Part shown: positions 29,673 to 40,536 of the stretch, piece after piece
Layout of the letters: each line of letters starts with the position of its first letter
How positions within the stretch are numbered: position 1 is the stretch's first letter
Source: Ignavibacteriota bacterium
GTDB lineage: Bacteria; Bacteroidota; Ignavibacteria; UBA10030; CAVZMI01
Reading direction: 5' to 3'
DNA: 64,000 bases
NCBI GenBank assembly: GCA_963776275.1
Contig: CAVZMI010000018.1
Coordinates: forward strand, 1-64,000
Notes under the pieces: generated by a model
What the model was told of the DNA's origin: nothing
The model's input: the letters and a program-made list of their open reading frames with translations, nothing else
The model's database searches: none
Translations under genes and position numbers: made by a program

Positions 29673-30692
29673 ATGAATATTCTGGGAATCGAAACCTCAT
29701 GTGATGAAACATCGGCAGCAGTGCTAAATGACGGGGTGCTGCTCTCGAATGTTATTTCTTCTCAGGTTGTTCATTCGGTCTATGGTGGTATTGTTCCTGA
29801 ACTCGCATCGCGGGCGCACCAGAAGCTGATAATCCCGGTAATCGATGAAACTTTGAGAAAAGCCGGTATTTCCCGTGCCGATCTTCAGGGAATTGCCGTG
29901 ACGTATGGACCGGGATTGGTAGGTTCGCTTTTGATTGGTCTGAGTTTCGGAAAGGCACTCGCTCTTGGGCTTCAGATTCCCTTTGTCGGGGTCAACCACC
30001 TGGAAGGGCATGTTTATTCAAATTTCTTGAGTTCACAATATGGAAAACCGCCTGAATATCCATTCGTCTGTCTGATTGTCTCCGGCGGACATACACAGGT
30101 TCTCTTTGTGCGTGCTCCTTTCGACCATCTTTTACTCGGACAGACGAACGATGATGCAGCGGGTGAGGCGTATGATAAAGTCGCTAAAATGCTCGGACTT
30201 GAGTACCCCGGTGGGCCGGTGATTGATGAACTTGCAGCTGAAGGAGATAAGAATTATATCCGATTTCCCCGCTCTTATCTTCATGAAGATAATTTTGATT
30301 TCAGTTTTAGTGGGTTGAAAACTGCGGTTCTCTATTACTTGCGTGACACGAAACTGCTGCACAACGATACGCTGAAAAAAAATCGTATTCTTCTTGCGAA
30401 CATCTGTGCGAGTTTTCAGTCTGCAGTCCTTGATGTCCTTGTGTCAAAAACGATTCGCGCTGCACAGCGATTTAAAGTCCGTGATATCGCCGTTGCCGGA
30501 GGTGTTTCAGCCAATAAAGGACTTCGGAGTGCAATGCTTTTGAAATCTGAAGAACTCGGGTTCAGGATTCATGCTCCACAAATGGAGTACTGTACCGACA
30601 ACGGGGCAATGGTCGCATACGTCGGTTGGATGAAAATTTCAAGAGGAATAACATCACCGTTGAATCTCACTGCTGTCGCACATATTGAATGA
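29673..30692 (+). CDS. tsaD: tRNA N6-adenosine threonylcarbamoyltransferase TsaD
   Basis: GIETSCDET, HLEGH, SGGHT, FSFSGLKT and CTDNG. Confidence 0.97.
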   Translation: MNILGIETSCDETSAAVLNDGVLLSNVISSQVVHSVYGGIVPELASRAHQKLIIPVIDETLRKAGISRADLQGIAVTYGPGLVGSLLIGLSFGKALALGLQIPFVGVNHLEGHVYSNFLSSQYGKPPEYPFVCLIVSGGHTQVLFVRAPFDHLLLGQTNDDAAGEAYDKVAKMLGLEYPGGPVIDELAAEGDKNYIRFPRSYLHEDNFDFSFSGLKTAVLYYLRDTKLLHNDTLKKNRILLANICASFQSAVLDVLVSKTIRAAQRFKVRDIAVAGGVSANKGLRSAMLLKSEELGFRIHAPQMEYCTDNGAMVAYVGWMKISRGITSPLNLTAVAHIE

Positions 30693-31536
30693 TAATCAAG
30701 AATTCCACTTGCATAATCGAATAGCAAAAATATTTCTGGAATTACATAATACCGGACGGAAAGCCCTCATTCCCTACATGACTCCGGAGTATCCACTAAA
30801 GGGATGCACTCTCCCGATACTCCGGGCATTGGATGGGGCAGGGGCTGATCTGATCGAAGTGGGAATTCCCTTTTCTGATCCTCTTGCCGATGGTCCAATC
30901 ATTCAGCATTCATCAATGGTTGCCATCGGAAACGGTGTCACACTTCAAAGAATTCTGACATCTGTGAAGGAATTTCGAAAAGAAAGCGACGTCCCGGTTA
31001 TTTTAATGGGGTATAGTAATCCTATAATGCGATACGGGATTGAAAATTTTTGTCGCGATACGATTGCGGCCGGCGTCGACGGAATTATTGTGCCGGATTT
31101 ACCGCCGGAAGAAGCGGGGGCTCTTCGCACACAAACATACGCGTCAGGATTGAGTATGATCTTCCTCATCGCACCGACATCCACACCGGAACGAATTCGC
31201 GCTCTCGATGCACTTTCAAGTGATTTCACTTATTGTGTATCGATAACCGGAGTCACAGGGAGTTATCACGATTTCGAACAGGATCAGAAATTCCGCGGTT
31301 TCATGGAAAATGTCCGACACAATACAACGAAACCCTTTGTCGTAGGATTTGGAATTTCGTCATGTGATGATGTCGAGCGGGTGTGGCAGTACGCCGATGG
31401 AGCTGTTGTTGGTTCGGCTTTGATTAAAGCGCTGGGTAATTGTCAGTCGATTGAAGAAACTGCGGTACGCGCGGGTGTATTCTTAACGTCACTCAGACCA
31501 GATACCACTCCCCCAAAGGAGGGATCAGCCACGTGA
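30685..31536 (+). CDS. trpA: Tryptophan synthase alpha chain
   Basis: EVGIPFSDPLADGP, PDLPPEE, GVTG, GFGIS and DGAVVGSA. Confidence 0.95.
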   Translation: MNDNQEFHLHNRIAKIFLELHNTGRKALIPYMTPEYPLKGCTLPILRALDGAGADLIEVGIPFSDPLADGPIIQHSSMVAIGNGVTLQRILTSVKEFRKESDVPVILMGYSNPIMRYGIENFCRDTIAAGVDGIIVPDLPPEEAGALRTQTYASGLSMIFLIAPTSTPERIRALDALSSDFTYCVSITGVTGSYHDFEQDQKFRGFMENVRHNTTKPFVVGFGISSCDDVERVWQYADGAVVGSALIKALGNCQSIEETAVRAGVFLTSLRPDTTPPKEGSAT

Positions 31537-31840
31537 GCACAATAGACGATTGGCGGCAAAAAATCGATGAAGTGGACAAGGATCTCGTCCGGCTCCTCAA
31601 CAAACGTGCGACCTATGCGATTGAAATAGGAAAAATAAAAGAGAAATTGGGGCTGGATGCTTATTCACCGAGACGCGAGGAAGAGGTGGTGCAGAATGTT
31701 CTGCGATGGAATACGGGCCGCTCACTTCTGAAGCGCTTCGACGACTTTTTGAGCGCATCGTTGATGAATCTCGCCGGCTTGAACGTGAAGCGATGGTTCA
31801 GCGGCAGTCTACATCGTCGCAGTCGGAGGGAAAGAAGTAA
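31533..31840 (+). CDS. Chorismate mutase (AroQ/CM_2), one -1 frameshift near 31716
   Basis: R.KIDEVD..LV.LLNKRA..IG..K..P.REEEV; restored C-terminus N.GPL.SEALRRLFERIVDESR ends at a TAA overlapping the mltG ATG. Confidence 0.85.
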
Positions 31841-32877
31841 TGTGGTGGCCTCCCGAAAAATCCAGGATAACAAAAATCATCGTCGTTGGTATTGTCATTA
31901 TATTGAGTGTTGGGATCTATAAGATTTTCTACGTTCACCATTTTTTCTATGGGAAAAACGAAATCGTTATTACCATTCCGCGCGGTGTCCCGTTCAGCAC
32001 AATAGTAGATTCGTTACGCTCGGCCGGTGTGATTGATCACGGTTTATCACTGCTCATTGCCGGTCACCTTCTGGGGTGGGCCGAGACAATTCAAACGGGG
32101 AAATATCTCTTCAGGAGCGGGGTCAGCACCATGGAAATTCTTACCGATCTCCACGAGGGGAGATCAAGACTCATTATTGACGTAACGATTCCCGAAGGCT
32201 CGCGCACAACTTGTATCGCTGATATTTTCCAGAAACATCTCGGAATCAATCGTGAACGATTCCTGGCAGCCTGCACCGATACCGAGTTCATCCACTCTCT
32301 CGGCATCAGCGCAAATACATTGGAAGGATACCTTTTTCCCGAAACCTATCGATTCTACTGGGAGGTTGATGAGCGCGAGATCATTACCCGGCTCGTCGAG
32401 GAATTCAGGCAGTTCTATAATGACACGCTTCAAGAACGTGCCGCTGAATTGCATCGAACAATGAACGAGATTCTTACATTAGCCTCGATTGTCGAATGGG
32501 AAGCCGTACTTGATGATGAACGTCCCATAATTGCCGGGTTGTACTATAATAGGCTGCGAAGGCATATGCGACTCGAAGCAGATCCGACAGTGCGATATCT
32601 TCTCGATTCGGATCAACGGATATTGTATCGGGATCTGAGGATTGATTCTCCGTACAATACATACCGGAATTTCGGTTTACCGCCGGCACCAATCAACAAT
32701 CCCGGTAGTAAATCTATTCTTGCTTCATTATACCCTTCAGAGCACAATTATATTTATTTTGTGGCCAACGGAGCACAAGGGCATGTGTTTTCCAAGAGTT
32801 ATGCCGAACACCAGCGTGCTGTGCAGCGATATCACCGCTTCCGTTCGCAGTATAGAATATCAAGTCGTAGACAATGA
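31840..32877 (+). CDS. mltG: Endolytic transglycosylase MltG
   Basis: VTIPEG, EGYLFPETY, LASIVE.E, ADPTV and SPYNTY..GLPP.PINNPG. Confidence 0.95.
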   Translation: MWWPPEKSRITKIIVVGIVIILSVGIYKIFYVHHFFYGKNEIVITIPRGVPFSTIVDSLRSAGVIDHGLSLLIAGHLLGWAETIQTGKYLFRSGVSTMEILTDLHEGRSRLIIDVTIPEGSRTTCIADIFQKHLGINRERFLAACTDTEFIHSLGISANTLEGYLFPETYRFYWEVDEREIITRLVEEFRQFYNDTLQERAAELHRTMNEILTLASIVEWEAVLDDERPIIAGLYYNRLRRHMRLEADPTVRYLLDSDQRILYRDLRIDSPYNTYRNFGLPPAPINNPGSKSILASLYPSEHNYIYFVANGAQGHVFSKSYAEHQRAVQRYHRFRSQYRISSRRQ

Positions 32878-32916
32878 TTGGTTATACGTAAATCGGAAGT
32901 TGATTATTATTCCGGG

Positions 32917-34607
32917 ATGAGAATGAAATATATTCTGAATTTCGTGTCTATTCTCTGCCTGATTTTAATCGGGTGCGCCGGTATTGTCCCGCCTGCAGGG
33001 GGCCTCTGGATACAGTGCCACCGACGATTATCGGCACGTTTCCCACTCAGAACGCAACTTGCGTACGACCGGGGAAAATTACACTGGAGTTCAGTGAGTA
33101 TGTCGATCGAAACTCCGTTCAGGATGCAATCTTCATTTCCCCCTATGTCGGGTCGTTGGAATATTCATGGAGCGGTACGGAAGTCGACATCACGTTTTCT
33201 GATTCACTTCGTGCAAACACGACCTATGTTGTGACTGTCGGTACTGATGTGGTTGATCTCAATAATCAAAATCGGATGGCACAGGCATACACACTGGCTT
33301 TCTCTACGGGTGACAGCATCGACCATGGCATCATTGCCGGAAAAGTCGTTAATCCGAAGCCGGAGGGGATTCTCCTCTTCGCATATCGGCTCGATAGTAT
33401 TCAGATCGATACGCTCAATCCAATTCATACGCGTCCTGATTTTATCACACAGACGGGAAAGGGTGGCAACTTTTCACTCCAGAATATCCCCAATGGGTCC
33501 TATCGCCTGCTTGCGGTCCGCGATGAGATTAGAAATTACCTCTATGATCCGGGAATGGACGAATATGGTGTCCCATTTAAGGATATTCACCTTGATAAAC
33601 AGAATCGATTGATAGGTAATGTTCTTCTTCAGATGTCAAAAGAGGATACGACGCATCTTGGACTGATGTTTGCACAATCACGGGATAATCGCCATGTATC
33701 GCTTCGATTTAATAAAGCGCTTAATCGTTTCAGTGTCCATACCGGCGCTTTCGAAATTATCGATTCACTTTCAAATGAAATGGTGACCGTACGCGACTGG
33801 TTTTCGCAATCACAACAACTATCATCTCTTATCCTTGTCACCGATACCCTTCGTGCCGGGGCAAAGTACATGGTCGGAGTGTCGGCTCTCAGAGCAGAAG
33901 CGGGTGATTCACTTTTCGCCCCACAGAGGGACATCTTTTTTGAGGCATCTGCAGGACGGGACACTCTCCGGCCTCGAATCCAGCATTTCATGCCCGGCGA
34001 TAGCACACGTAATGTTCCATTTTCTCTATCGCTTGAACTGCAGTTTGATGATGCGGTGTTACGCGATTCGCTTGAAAAGGGATTCACGCTTCTGGATTCA
34101 AACAAGGTGCGGGTCGAAGGGGCTTTCGAATGGTTGCACGGCGCAACTGTGAGTTACAAACCTCTCCGGCCATTACGGAGTGCTGAATGGTACACCGCAG
34201 AACTTCGGGGGAAGTCGGTGATCGATTATGCAGGGAACGTCATGCGTGATTCCGTAGTAAGACACCGTTTCAGAACGGTCAACGCCTTACAGCTTTCGAG
34301 TATCTCTGGAGTCGTCGTCGATTCAACAAATGAAAAAGGAGACTTTGTAATCCTGGCGACGGAGGTGAGTGTATCCGTCGCGCCGACATATATGGCCGTC
34401 GCCGATGCGACAGGGGCATTCATTATCCAGAATCTTCCCGAAGGAAAATATCTCCTTCAAACATTCCGTGATCGCGAGGGCAAGCGAATATACTCGCCCG
34501 GGAAACCATACCCATACCAGCCGGCTGCCCGGTTTGCCGTGTATCCAGACACTGTGAAACTGCGTGCACGATGGCCGCTCGAAGGTATGAAAATTGAGTT
34601 GAAATAA
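32917..34607 (+). CDS. Lipoprotein with Ig-like (Big_5) domains, one frameshift near 33002
   Basis: LIGCA lipobox, then P.GGP.DT.PP, F.EYV...TYVV..G....D..N and FSTGDSID, typical of FCB Big_5 lipoproteins. Confidence 0.8.
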
Positions 34608-34614
34608 AACCTCC

Positions 34615-35145
34615 TCATTTTATTTCAGGAGGAGGGAGTGGCTTCGATGGATTTTTCTGAACCCTGTCCTGTACGATCCACGATTGTACATACCCTTTAT
34701 CAAGCAGAATTTTCAGCGCTTGTGCCGCATTGCTGCGTTCCTGGTAGTCGCCTACACGAACCTTGTAATAGGGTGAGTCATAGAGCATATACACCATATC
34801 AATGGGAAAAAGGGAAGCGACCTCACTCTTAACTTTAGTGGCTTCATCAATGCTGTTTGAAAACATTACCTGGACGCGAAAGCCCGGCACAAGTTCCGCT
34901 GCCGAGTTTGCCGTTTGATCTGCCGTGTCCGATCCTTTGAAGGTGTATCGTTGTGACGATGACTCGACCTCGGCAATGGCGACATCATAACGTGACGGAC
35001 TAAAATCGCGTTCAAAAACATCGAGCGGCGCGCTTTTTTGAGTCTTTGGACGCTGTGCACGTTGCGGCGGCTCGGGGCTTGATGCAGCGCATCCGATGAG
35101 AAATGCACAGCACAGAAACGACAGAAATCGTGTATTGATATTCAT
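34615..35145 (-). CDS. SPOR-domain lipoprotein
   Basis: LIGC lipobox; GFRVQV..PYYKVRVGD..A. Confidence 0.85.
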   Translation of the reverse strand: MNINTRFLSFLCCAFLIGCAASSPEPPQRAQRPKTQKSAPLDVFERDFSPSRYDVAIAEVESSSQRYTFKGSDTADQTANSAAELVPGFRVQVMFSNSIDEATKVKSEVASLFPIDMVYMLYDSPYYKVRVGDYQERSNAAQALKILLDKGYVQSWIVQDRVQKNPSKPLPPPEIK

Positions 35146-35633
35146 CAGTTGGTCCTCAACGATTCGATTACCCATGCGTCGCGATACATTGTCGGATATC
35201 GCTGGCGGATATCGCGGGCTATTTCCGCAGCTTGTTCACGTGATATGAAAGTACCGATGGTAACCCGGTAAATATTAATACGGCGATCGTATTCAATATA
35301 CGTCGGCATTTTGAGGATTTCTTTTGTTTGTTCTTCCCAACGACGGGCATTAATTTCATTTCCGAATGCTCCGACCTGAATTGTGAAAACGGCAGAACTT
35401 GTCGTATCCTTCTGCTCAGCCTGCGCAGAAGGAGATGGAACGTTACGTGCCGTATCGACCTTTGCAGGAGGAACAACTTTCGCAACAACAGTATCGCGTT
35501 TTGTCACAAAGCGTTCGCGTCTAGCCCCCGGCGGAATGTAGAGATCGTCGGCGTTCGATTCTTCTGATGATCCACATCCCCAGAAAATCCCGAGGATTGC
35601 GGTCAGGGCGTACAATAGAACGGCATTTTTCAT
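35145..35633 (-). CDS. SPOR-domain lipoprotein
   Basis: FWGC lipobox; FTIQVGAF..NA..YRVTIG.F..DAWV. Confidence 0.85.
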   Translation of the reverse strand: MKNAVLLYALTAILGIFWGCGSSEESNADDLYIPPGARRERFVTKRDTVVAKVVPPAKVDTARNVPSPSAQAEQKDTTSSAVFTIQVGAFGNEINARRWEEQTKEILKMPTYIEYDRRINIYRVTIGTFISREQAAEIARDIRQRYPTMYRDAWVIESLRTN

Positions 35634-35667
35634 CGCTGGCTCCTTTACATTCGTGTGATCGATTTTC

Positions 35668-38409
35668 CTACCGGCTGCCGAGCAGCTCTGTAAGATTTGC
35701 ATTTAATTTTTCAAGTGTTTGCCGGAAATTATGCTTTTTCTCATTTTCTTTTGCTATGATTTCGGTCGGTGCACGGTCGACAAAACTCTTATTTTGCAGT
35801 TTCTCGTCGGTCATTCGAAGCAGATTTTGCACCCGGGCAATTTCTTTTTCGAGGCGATTCATTTCAACGTTGATATCGATAATCCCTTTCAACGGCAGAA
35901 AGATTTCACAACCCGCAACCACAGCTGTTGCTGCGTACGAAGGCTTGGGTACATCCGGCCCTACCGTCAGCGAAGTAACCTTTGTGAGCCGGCGGAAATA
36001 ATCCTCATTGTTTTTCAGGATATCGATCTTCTCGGCTTCACTGCATTTTATCACGACATCAATCGTGCGAGCCGGTGGAATATTCATCTCGCCGCGGATA
36101 TTCCGTAGAGCACCGATTACATCCTGAATGAACGTCATTTCTCTTGATGATCGCTCATCGATCCACCTGTCGTCATGCTCCGGCCAGGTCTGCCTCATGA
36201 TACTGTCGCCTTTTATCCGCTGATGAAGAGCGTGCCAGAGCCCCTCGGTCAGGAACGGCATAAAAGGATGGAGAAGCTTGAGTGTTTGTCCATAAATCCA
36301 TAATACACGCGAAAGCACCGCTTTTTTTACTGCCGGATCCCCGCTTTCGTACAGGCGCGACTTAATGAGTTCCACATACCAATCGCAGAAATCATGCCAT
36401 AGAAAATCATATATATTCTTTGCGCTCTCGTTGAGGCTGAATCCGTCGAGAGCGAGTGTCATGGTAAGAACGGTCTGATGATACCGGCTCAGGATCCATC
36501 GATCGGCAAGGTCGAGCTCACGTGTGATCGATGACGGATCATTCTCCGGAATTTCTTCGCGACCGAACTGTTCGACATTCATCAGGAGGAAGCGTCCGGC
36601 GTTCCAGATTTTATTGGCAAAATTCCGGCCGATCTCGCACTTTTCGTTCGAGTAAAGTACATCCTGTCCCAGCGGTGCAAGATAGATGATGGTAAACCGT
36701 AATGCATCGGCACCGTACTCCTGGATGACGTCCAGAGGATCGGGTGAGTTGCCGAGGGATTTTGACATTTTTCTCCCTTTCACGTCACGGATGATGCTCG
36801 TGAAATAAACATCGCTGAAGGGGATATCATCCATGAATTCGAGTCCTGCCATAATCATCCGTGCAACCCAGAAGAAAATAATATCCGGAGCTGTGACCAG
36901 AGTCGATGTCGGATAAAAATAGTCCAGGTCTTCACCCTTTTGCGGCCAGTTCAGGATCGAGAAGGGCCAGAGCCACGAAGAGAACCACGTGTCGAGAACA
37001 TCGTCGTCCTGTCGATAGGATACAGTCCCGCATTTCGGACAGGGGGTTGTGGGCATCGAGCGGGCAACGATCATATGCTGGCATCCTTCGCTTATGCAAT
37101 AGTACACCGGAATACGATGTCCCCACCAGAGTTGGCGTGAGATGCACCAATCGCGGATATTGGTCATCCAGTGTTCGTATACCTTAACCCACCGATCAGG
37201 GTAAAAACGAATCGTCCCATCCTGTACAACCTTCAACGCCTTTTCGGCGAGAGGTTTCATTTTCACGAACCACTGATCGGAAAGATATGGTTCGATCACC
37301 GTGTCGCATCGATAGCAATGGCCGATACTGTGGACATAATCCTCGGTTTTGAGAATGAGTCCTGCCGCTTCAAGATTCAGGAGGAGTTTTCTTCTACATT
37401 CATATCGATCGAGTTTTTGGTATCGTTGAGGAACCTGATCGTTCATTCGTCCTGCAGTATCCATGATCAGAATCATCGGGAGGTTGTGCCGGATACCCAT
37501 CGTGTAATCGTTCGGATCGTGGGCCGGAGTTACTTTAACCATTCCTGTTCCAAATTTCTGATCGACAAAATCGTCGGCTATGACATGTATGCATCGGTCG
37601 GTCATCGGTATGAGAACCTTCTTCCCGATATATTGGCTGTACCGTTCGTCGGACGGGTTGACTGCAATTGCAGTATCACCGAGCATTGTTTCGGGACGTG
37701 TTGTCGCAACAGTAATAAACTGCCGCGTCGACGGTGAACTGGTTGTTTCATCCCAGAACGGATATCGGATGTACCAGAGATGTCCTTGTGATTCGGAATA
37801 GTTAACTTCATCATCACTAAGTGCCGTGCGATCTTTCGGACACCAATTGACGATATACTTGCCGCGATAGATCAGATCTTTTTCGTACAGTCGGATGAAT
37901 ACTTCGACCACAGCATTCGAGAGCCCTTCATCCATTGTAAAGCGTTCACGGTTCCAATCACACGAAGTGCCGAGTTTTCTGAGCTGCTTGATGATGGTCC
38001 CACCGTACTGTTCTTTCCACTCCCAGACCCGTTTGAGAAATTTTTCTCTGCCAATATCGCGTCGATTCTGACCTTCCTTAACTAGTTGCTTCTCGACGAC
38101 ATGCTGCGTCGCAATACCGGCATGGTCGGTTCCAGGAATCCAGCAAGCTTCGAATCCCTGCATGCGTTTCCATCGAATAATAATATCCTGAATTGTATTA
38201 TTCAGGACATGTCCCATGGTAAGGCTGCCGGTAATATTTGGAGGAGGAATGACGATGGTGTAAGGTTTCTTCTGCGGATTCACACGTGCATGAAAAAGAT
38301 CATACTCTTCCCAGTATGCATACCATTTATCTTCAACATCGCGGGGCGAATATGCTTTTGCGATGGCGTTCGTCGATAATTCTTCGTTCTCGTTAAGTTG
38401 TGCTGACAT
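35668..38409 (-). CDS. valS: Valine-tRNA ligase
   Basis: IPPPNITG.L.MGH, WCISRQLWWGH, DVLDTWFSS and KMSKS; C-terminal coiled coil. Confidence 0.97.
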   Translation of the reverse strand: MSAQLNENEELSTNAIAKAYSPRDVEDKWYAYWEEYDLFHARVNPQKKPYTIVIPPPNITGSLTMGHVLNNTIQDIIIRWKRMQGFEACWIPGTDHAGIATQHVVEKQLVKEGQNRRDIGREKFLKRVWEWKEQYGGTIIKQLRKLGTSCDWNRERFTMDEGLSNAVVEVFIRLYEKDLIYRGKYIVNWCPKDRTALSDDEVNYSESQGHLWYIRYPFWDETTSSPSTRQFITVATTRPETMLGDTAIAVNPSDERYSQYIGKKVLIPMTDRCIHVIADDFVDQKFGTGMVKVTPAHDPNDYTMGIRHNLPMILIMDTAGRMNDQVPQRYQKLDRYECRRKLLLNLEAAGLILKTEDYVHSIGHCYRCDTVIEPYLSDQWFVKMKPLAEKALKVVQDGTIRFYPDRWVKVYEHWMTNIRDWCISRQLWWGHRIPVYYCISEGCQHMIVARSMPTTPCPKCGTVSYRQDDDVLDTWFSSWLWPFSILNWPQKGEDLDYFYPTSTLVTAPDIIFFWVARMIMAGLEFMDDIPFSDVYFTSIIRDVKGRKMSKSLGNSPDPLDVIQEYGADALRFTIIYLAPLGQDVLYSNEKCEIGRNFANKIWNAGRFLLMNVEQFGREEIPENDPSSITRELDLADRWILSRYHQTVLTMTLALDGFSLNESAKNIYDFLWHDFCDWYVELIKSRLYESGDPAVKKAVLSRVLWIYGQTLKLLHPFMPFLTEGLWHALHQRIKGDSIMRQTWPEHDDRWIDERSSREMTFIQDVIGALRNIRGEMNIPPARTIDVVIKCSEAEKIDILKNNEDYFRRLTKVTSLTVGPDVPKPSYAATAVVAGCEIFLPLKGIIDINVEMNRLEKEIARVQNLLRMTDEKLQNKSFVDRAPTEIIAKENEKKHNFRQTLEKLNANLTELLGSR

Positions 38410-38435
38410 AATGTCGTGAAAAAATATTGTGAGTC

Positions 38436-39092
38436 CTATTGAACGTTGACTGATAATAAACCTATCGATTCAATATCTGCATGAATGACGTCACCGTGTG
38501 TGACGGTGCCAACACCCTCTGGTGTGCCGGTGTATATGAGATCACCACGTTCGAGTGTAAAAATTGAAGAGAGATATGAGATGACCTCATCAATGGAGAA
38601 AATCATATCGCGCGTATTCGCTCGCTGCCGTTCCTTTCCGTTGACGGTAAGTCGTATGGTCAATGAATGCGGATCGGGGATCGACATTCGTGGGACAAAT
38701 TCTGAAAGCGGAGCCGAGGTATCGAATCCTTTAGCCACAGCCCAGGGCTCTCCTGCGCTTCTCGCTTCCCTCTGGATATCTCTCAGCGTCATATCTAGTC
38801 CGATCCCGTACCCTTCAATATAGTCATATGCTATTTCACGTGTAATATTTTTTCCATTTTTTCCGATGAGAACGACCAGTTCCACCTCATAATGTACCTC
38901 GTGTGAAATCGGAGGAATCACAACGCTCTCCCCCTCGCTGATAATTGCACTTGAAGGTTTCAAGAAAACGATGGGTTTTATCGGGATATTAGAATTCATC
39001 TCCTTGGCGTGGGCAGCATAATTTTGCCCCAGACAAAGGATTTTTCCCACGGATATAGGTTCCTTGGAACCGCGCAGGCGGACGTAATGCAT
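38436..39092 (-). CDS. Fumarylacetoacetate hydrolase family protein
   Basis: G.NYAAHAKE, HYEVEL, DMTLRD, AKGFDT and TGTPEGVG. Confidence 0.92.
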   Translation of the reverse strand: MHYVRLRGSKEPISVGKILCLGQNYAAHAKEMNSNIPIKPIVFLKPSSAIISEGESVVIPPISHEVHYEVELVVLIGKNGKNITREIAYDYIEGYGIGLDMTLRDIQREARSAGEPWAVAKGFDTSAPLSEFVPRMSIPDPHSLTIRLTVNGKERQRANTRDMIFSIDEVISYLSSIFTLERGDLIYTGTPEGVGTVTHGDVIHADIESIGLLSVNVQ

Positions 39093-39293
39093 AGAAGCTT
39101 TCCTTAATAAAAAAGAATAAAATAATATAGAAATATAAGGTTATTTTATCAATAAGTACTTGAAACTTCGTTATATAGCCATATGTTGTTTTTTACAGAT
39201 AATTCGCCACTTAAAAAAAAGTGATGTGACCTATTGCATTTCCTTCAAAAAAAATTTTAATTTGGAAGGGGAGATGTATACTTTACCTCTTTC

Positions 39294-40323
39294 ATGAAAC
39301 GGTGCAAGGGGAATCATTTGAGAACAACATATAAAGAGGCGGGAGTAGATATTGCAGCGGGGGAGGAAGTCGTTAAGAGAATAAAAAGAAGCGTCCGGTC
39401 AACGTTCACAAGAAATGTGTTGACCGATATAGGTTTGTTTGGAGCTTTTTTCGACGCAAAGTTTAAAGGCTATACGCATCCGGTTCTTGTCTCCAGTGTC
39501 GACGGCGTTGGTACAAAATTAAAAGTAGCATTTATGGCCAACAGACACGACACGGTCGGTCAGGATCTGGTAAATCATTGTGTGAATGATATTCTCGTCT
39601 GTGGAGCGACGCCTCTGTATTTCATGGATTACTTCGCGACGGGAAAGTTAAAACCGGAAATCACCGAGAAAGTATTGAGCGGATTTATCCGGGCCTGTCG
39701 GGAGAATGGCTGCTCTCTTATCGGCGGCGAAACAGCTGAGATGCCCGGCTTCTACTCTGCGGTTGAATATGATATCGCTGGAATGATTGTCGGCGTTGTC
39801 GAGAAGAAGCGCATTATAAAAGGAGAACATGTGAAGAAGGGAGATGTGCTCATCGGACTCCCTTCGAACGGTTTACATACAAACGGATATTCTCTTGCCC
39901 GGAGCGTGCTCTTTGAAAAATATGATGTCGATTCATATGTCGATGAACTCGGTGCAACGGTCGGTGAGGTATTACTTGCCGGTCCATCGGTCGTACCTGC
40001 GTCCGGTCAGAAAAGTGTTCGAGCGATATCCGGTACAGGCGTTATCTCATATCACTGGTGGCGGAATTATCGGCAACACCTCACGGGTGATACCACGAGC
40101 GCTGACGCTTTCGATCGATTGGGATGCCTGGAAGAGACCCCCGATATTTACTCTGATACAACGGCAGGGTGAAGTACCGGAAGATGATATGCGGAAGACG
40201 TTCAACCTTGGAATTGGATTGGTGGTGATTGTACGAAAGGCCATTGTTGATGAAGTGCTCCGGTTGTTTCATCGTTGTCACGAACACCCGGTTGTTATAG
40301 GAGAAGTAGTGCAGCAAAAATAA
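39294..40323 (+). CDS. purM: Phosphoribosylformylglycinamidine cyclo-ligase PurM, one +1 frameshift near 39980
   Basis: [31 protein letters not shown]; second frame gives HITGGG and TFNLGIG. Confidence 0.93.
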
Positions 40324-40536
40324 ATTGTAACGGCTGTATGATTTTTGATCATTGTCTGCTGTTACAGTACCTTATGGATTATATTATGTCAATGTTAGTG
40401 ATTGCTTAGGTAAGATATTGTAGCTTGTTGTAAAATAAAAGAAATTCTCTCTGTCACGGGGCATCCCTAAGTTGCATATAGGGGAGTGCACCGGTCGCGC
40501 TCACCAAAATTCAAGCGAGGAACCTTGGGAAAATTT

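Noticed and set aside
30685-31840. trpA without trpB as a novel indole pathway
   Set aside because: Dispersed trp genes are common; trpB could lie elsewhere and the window gives no further support
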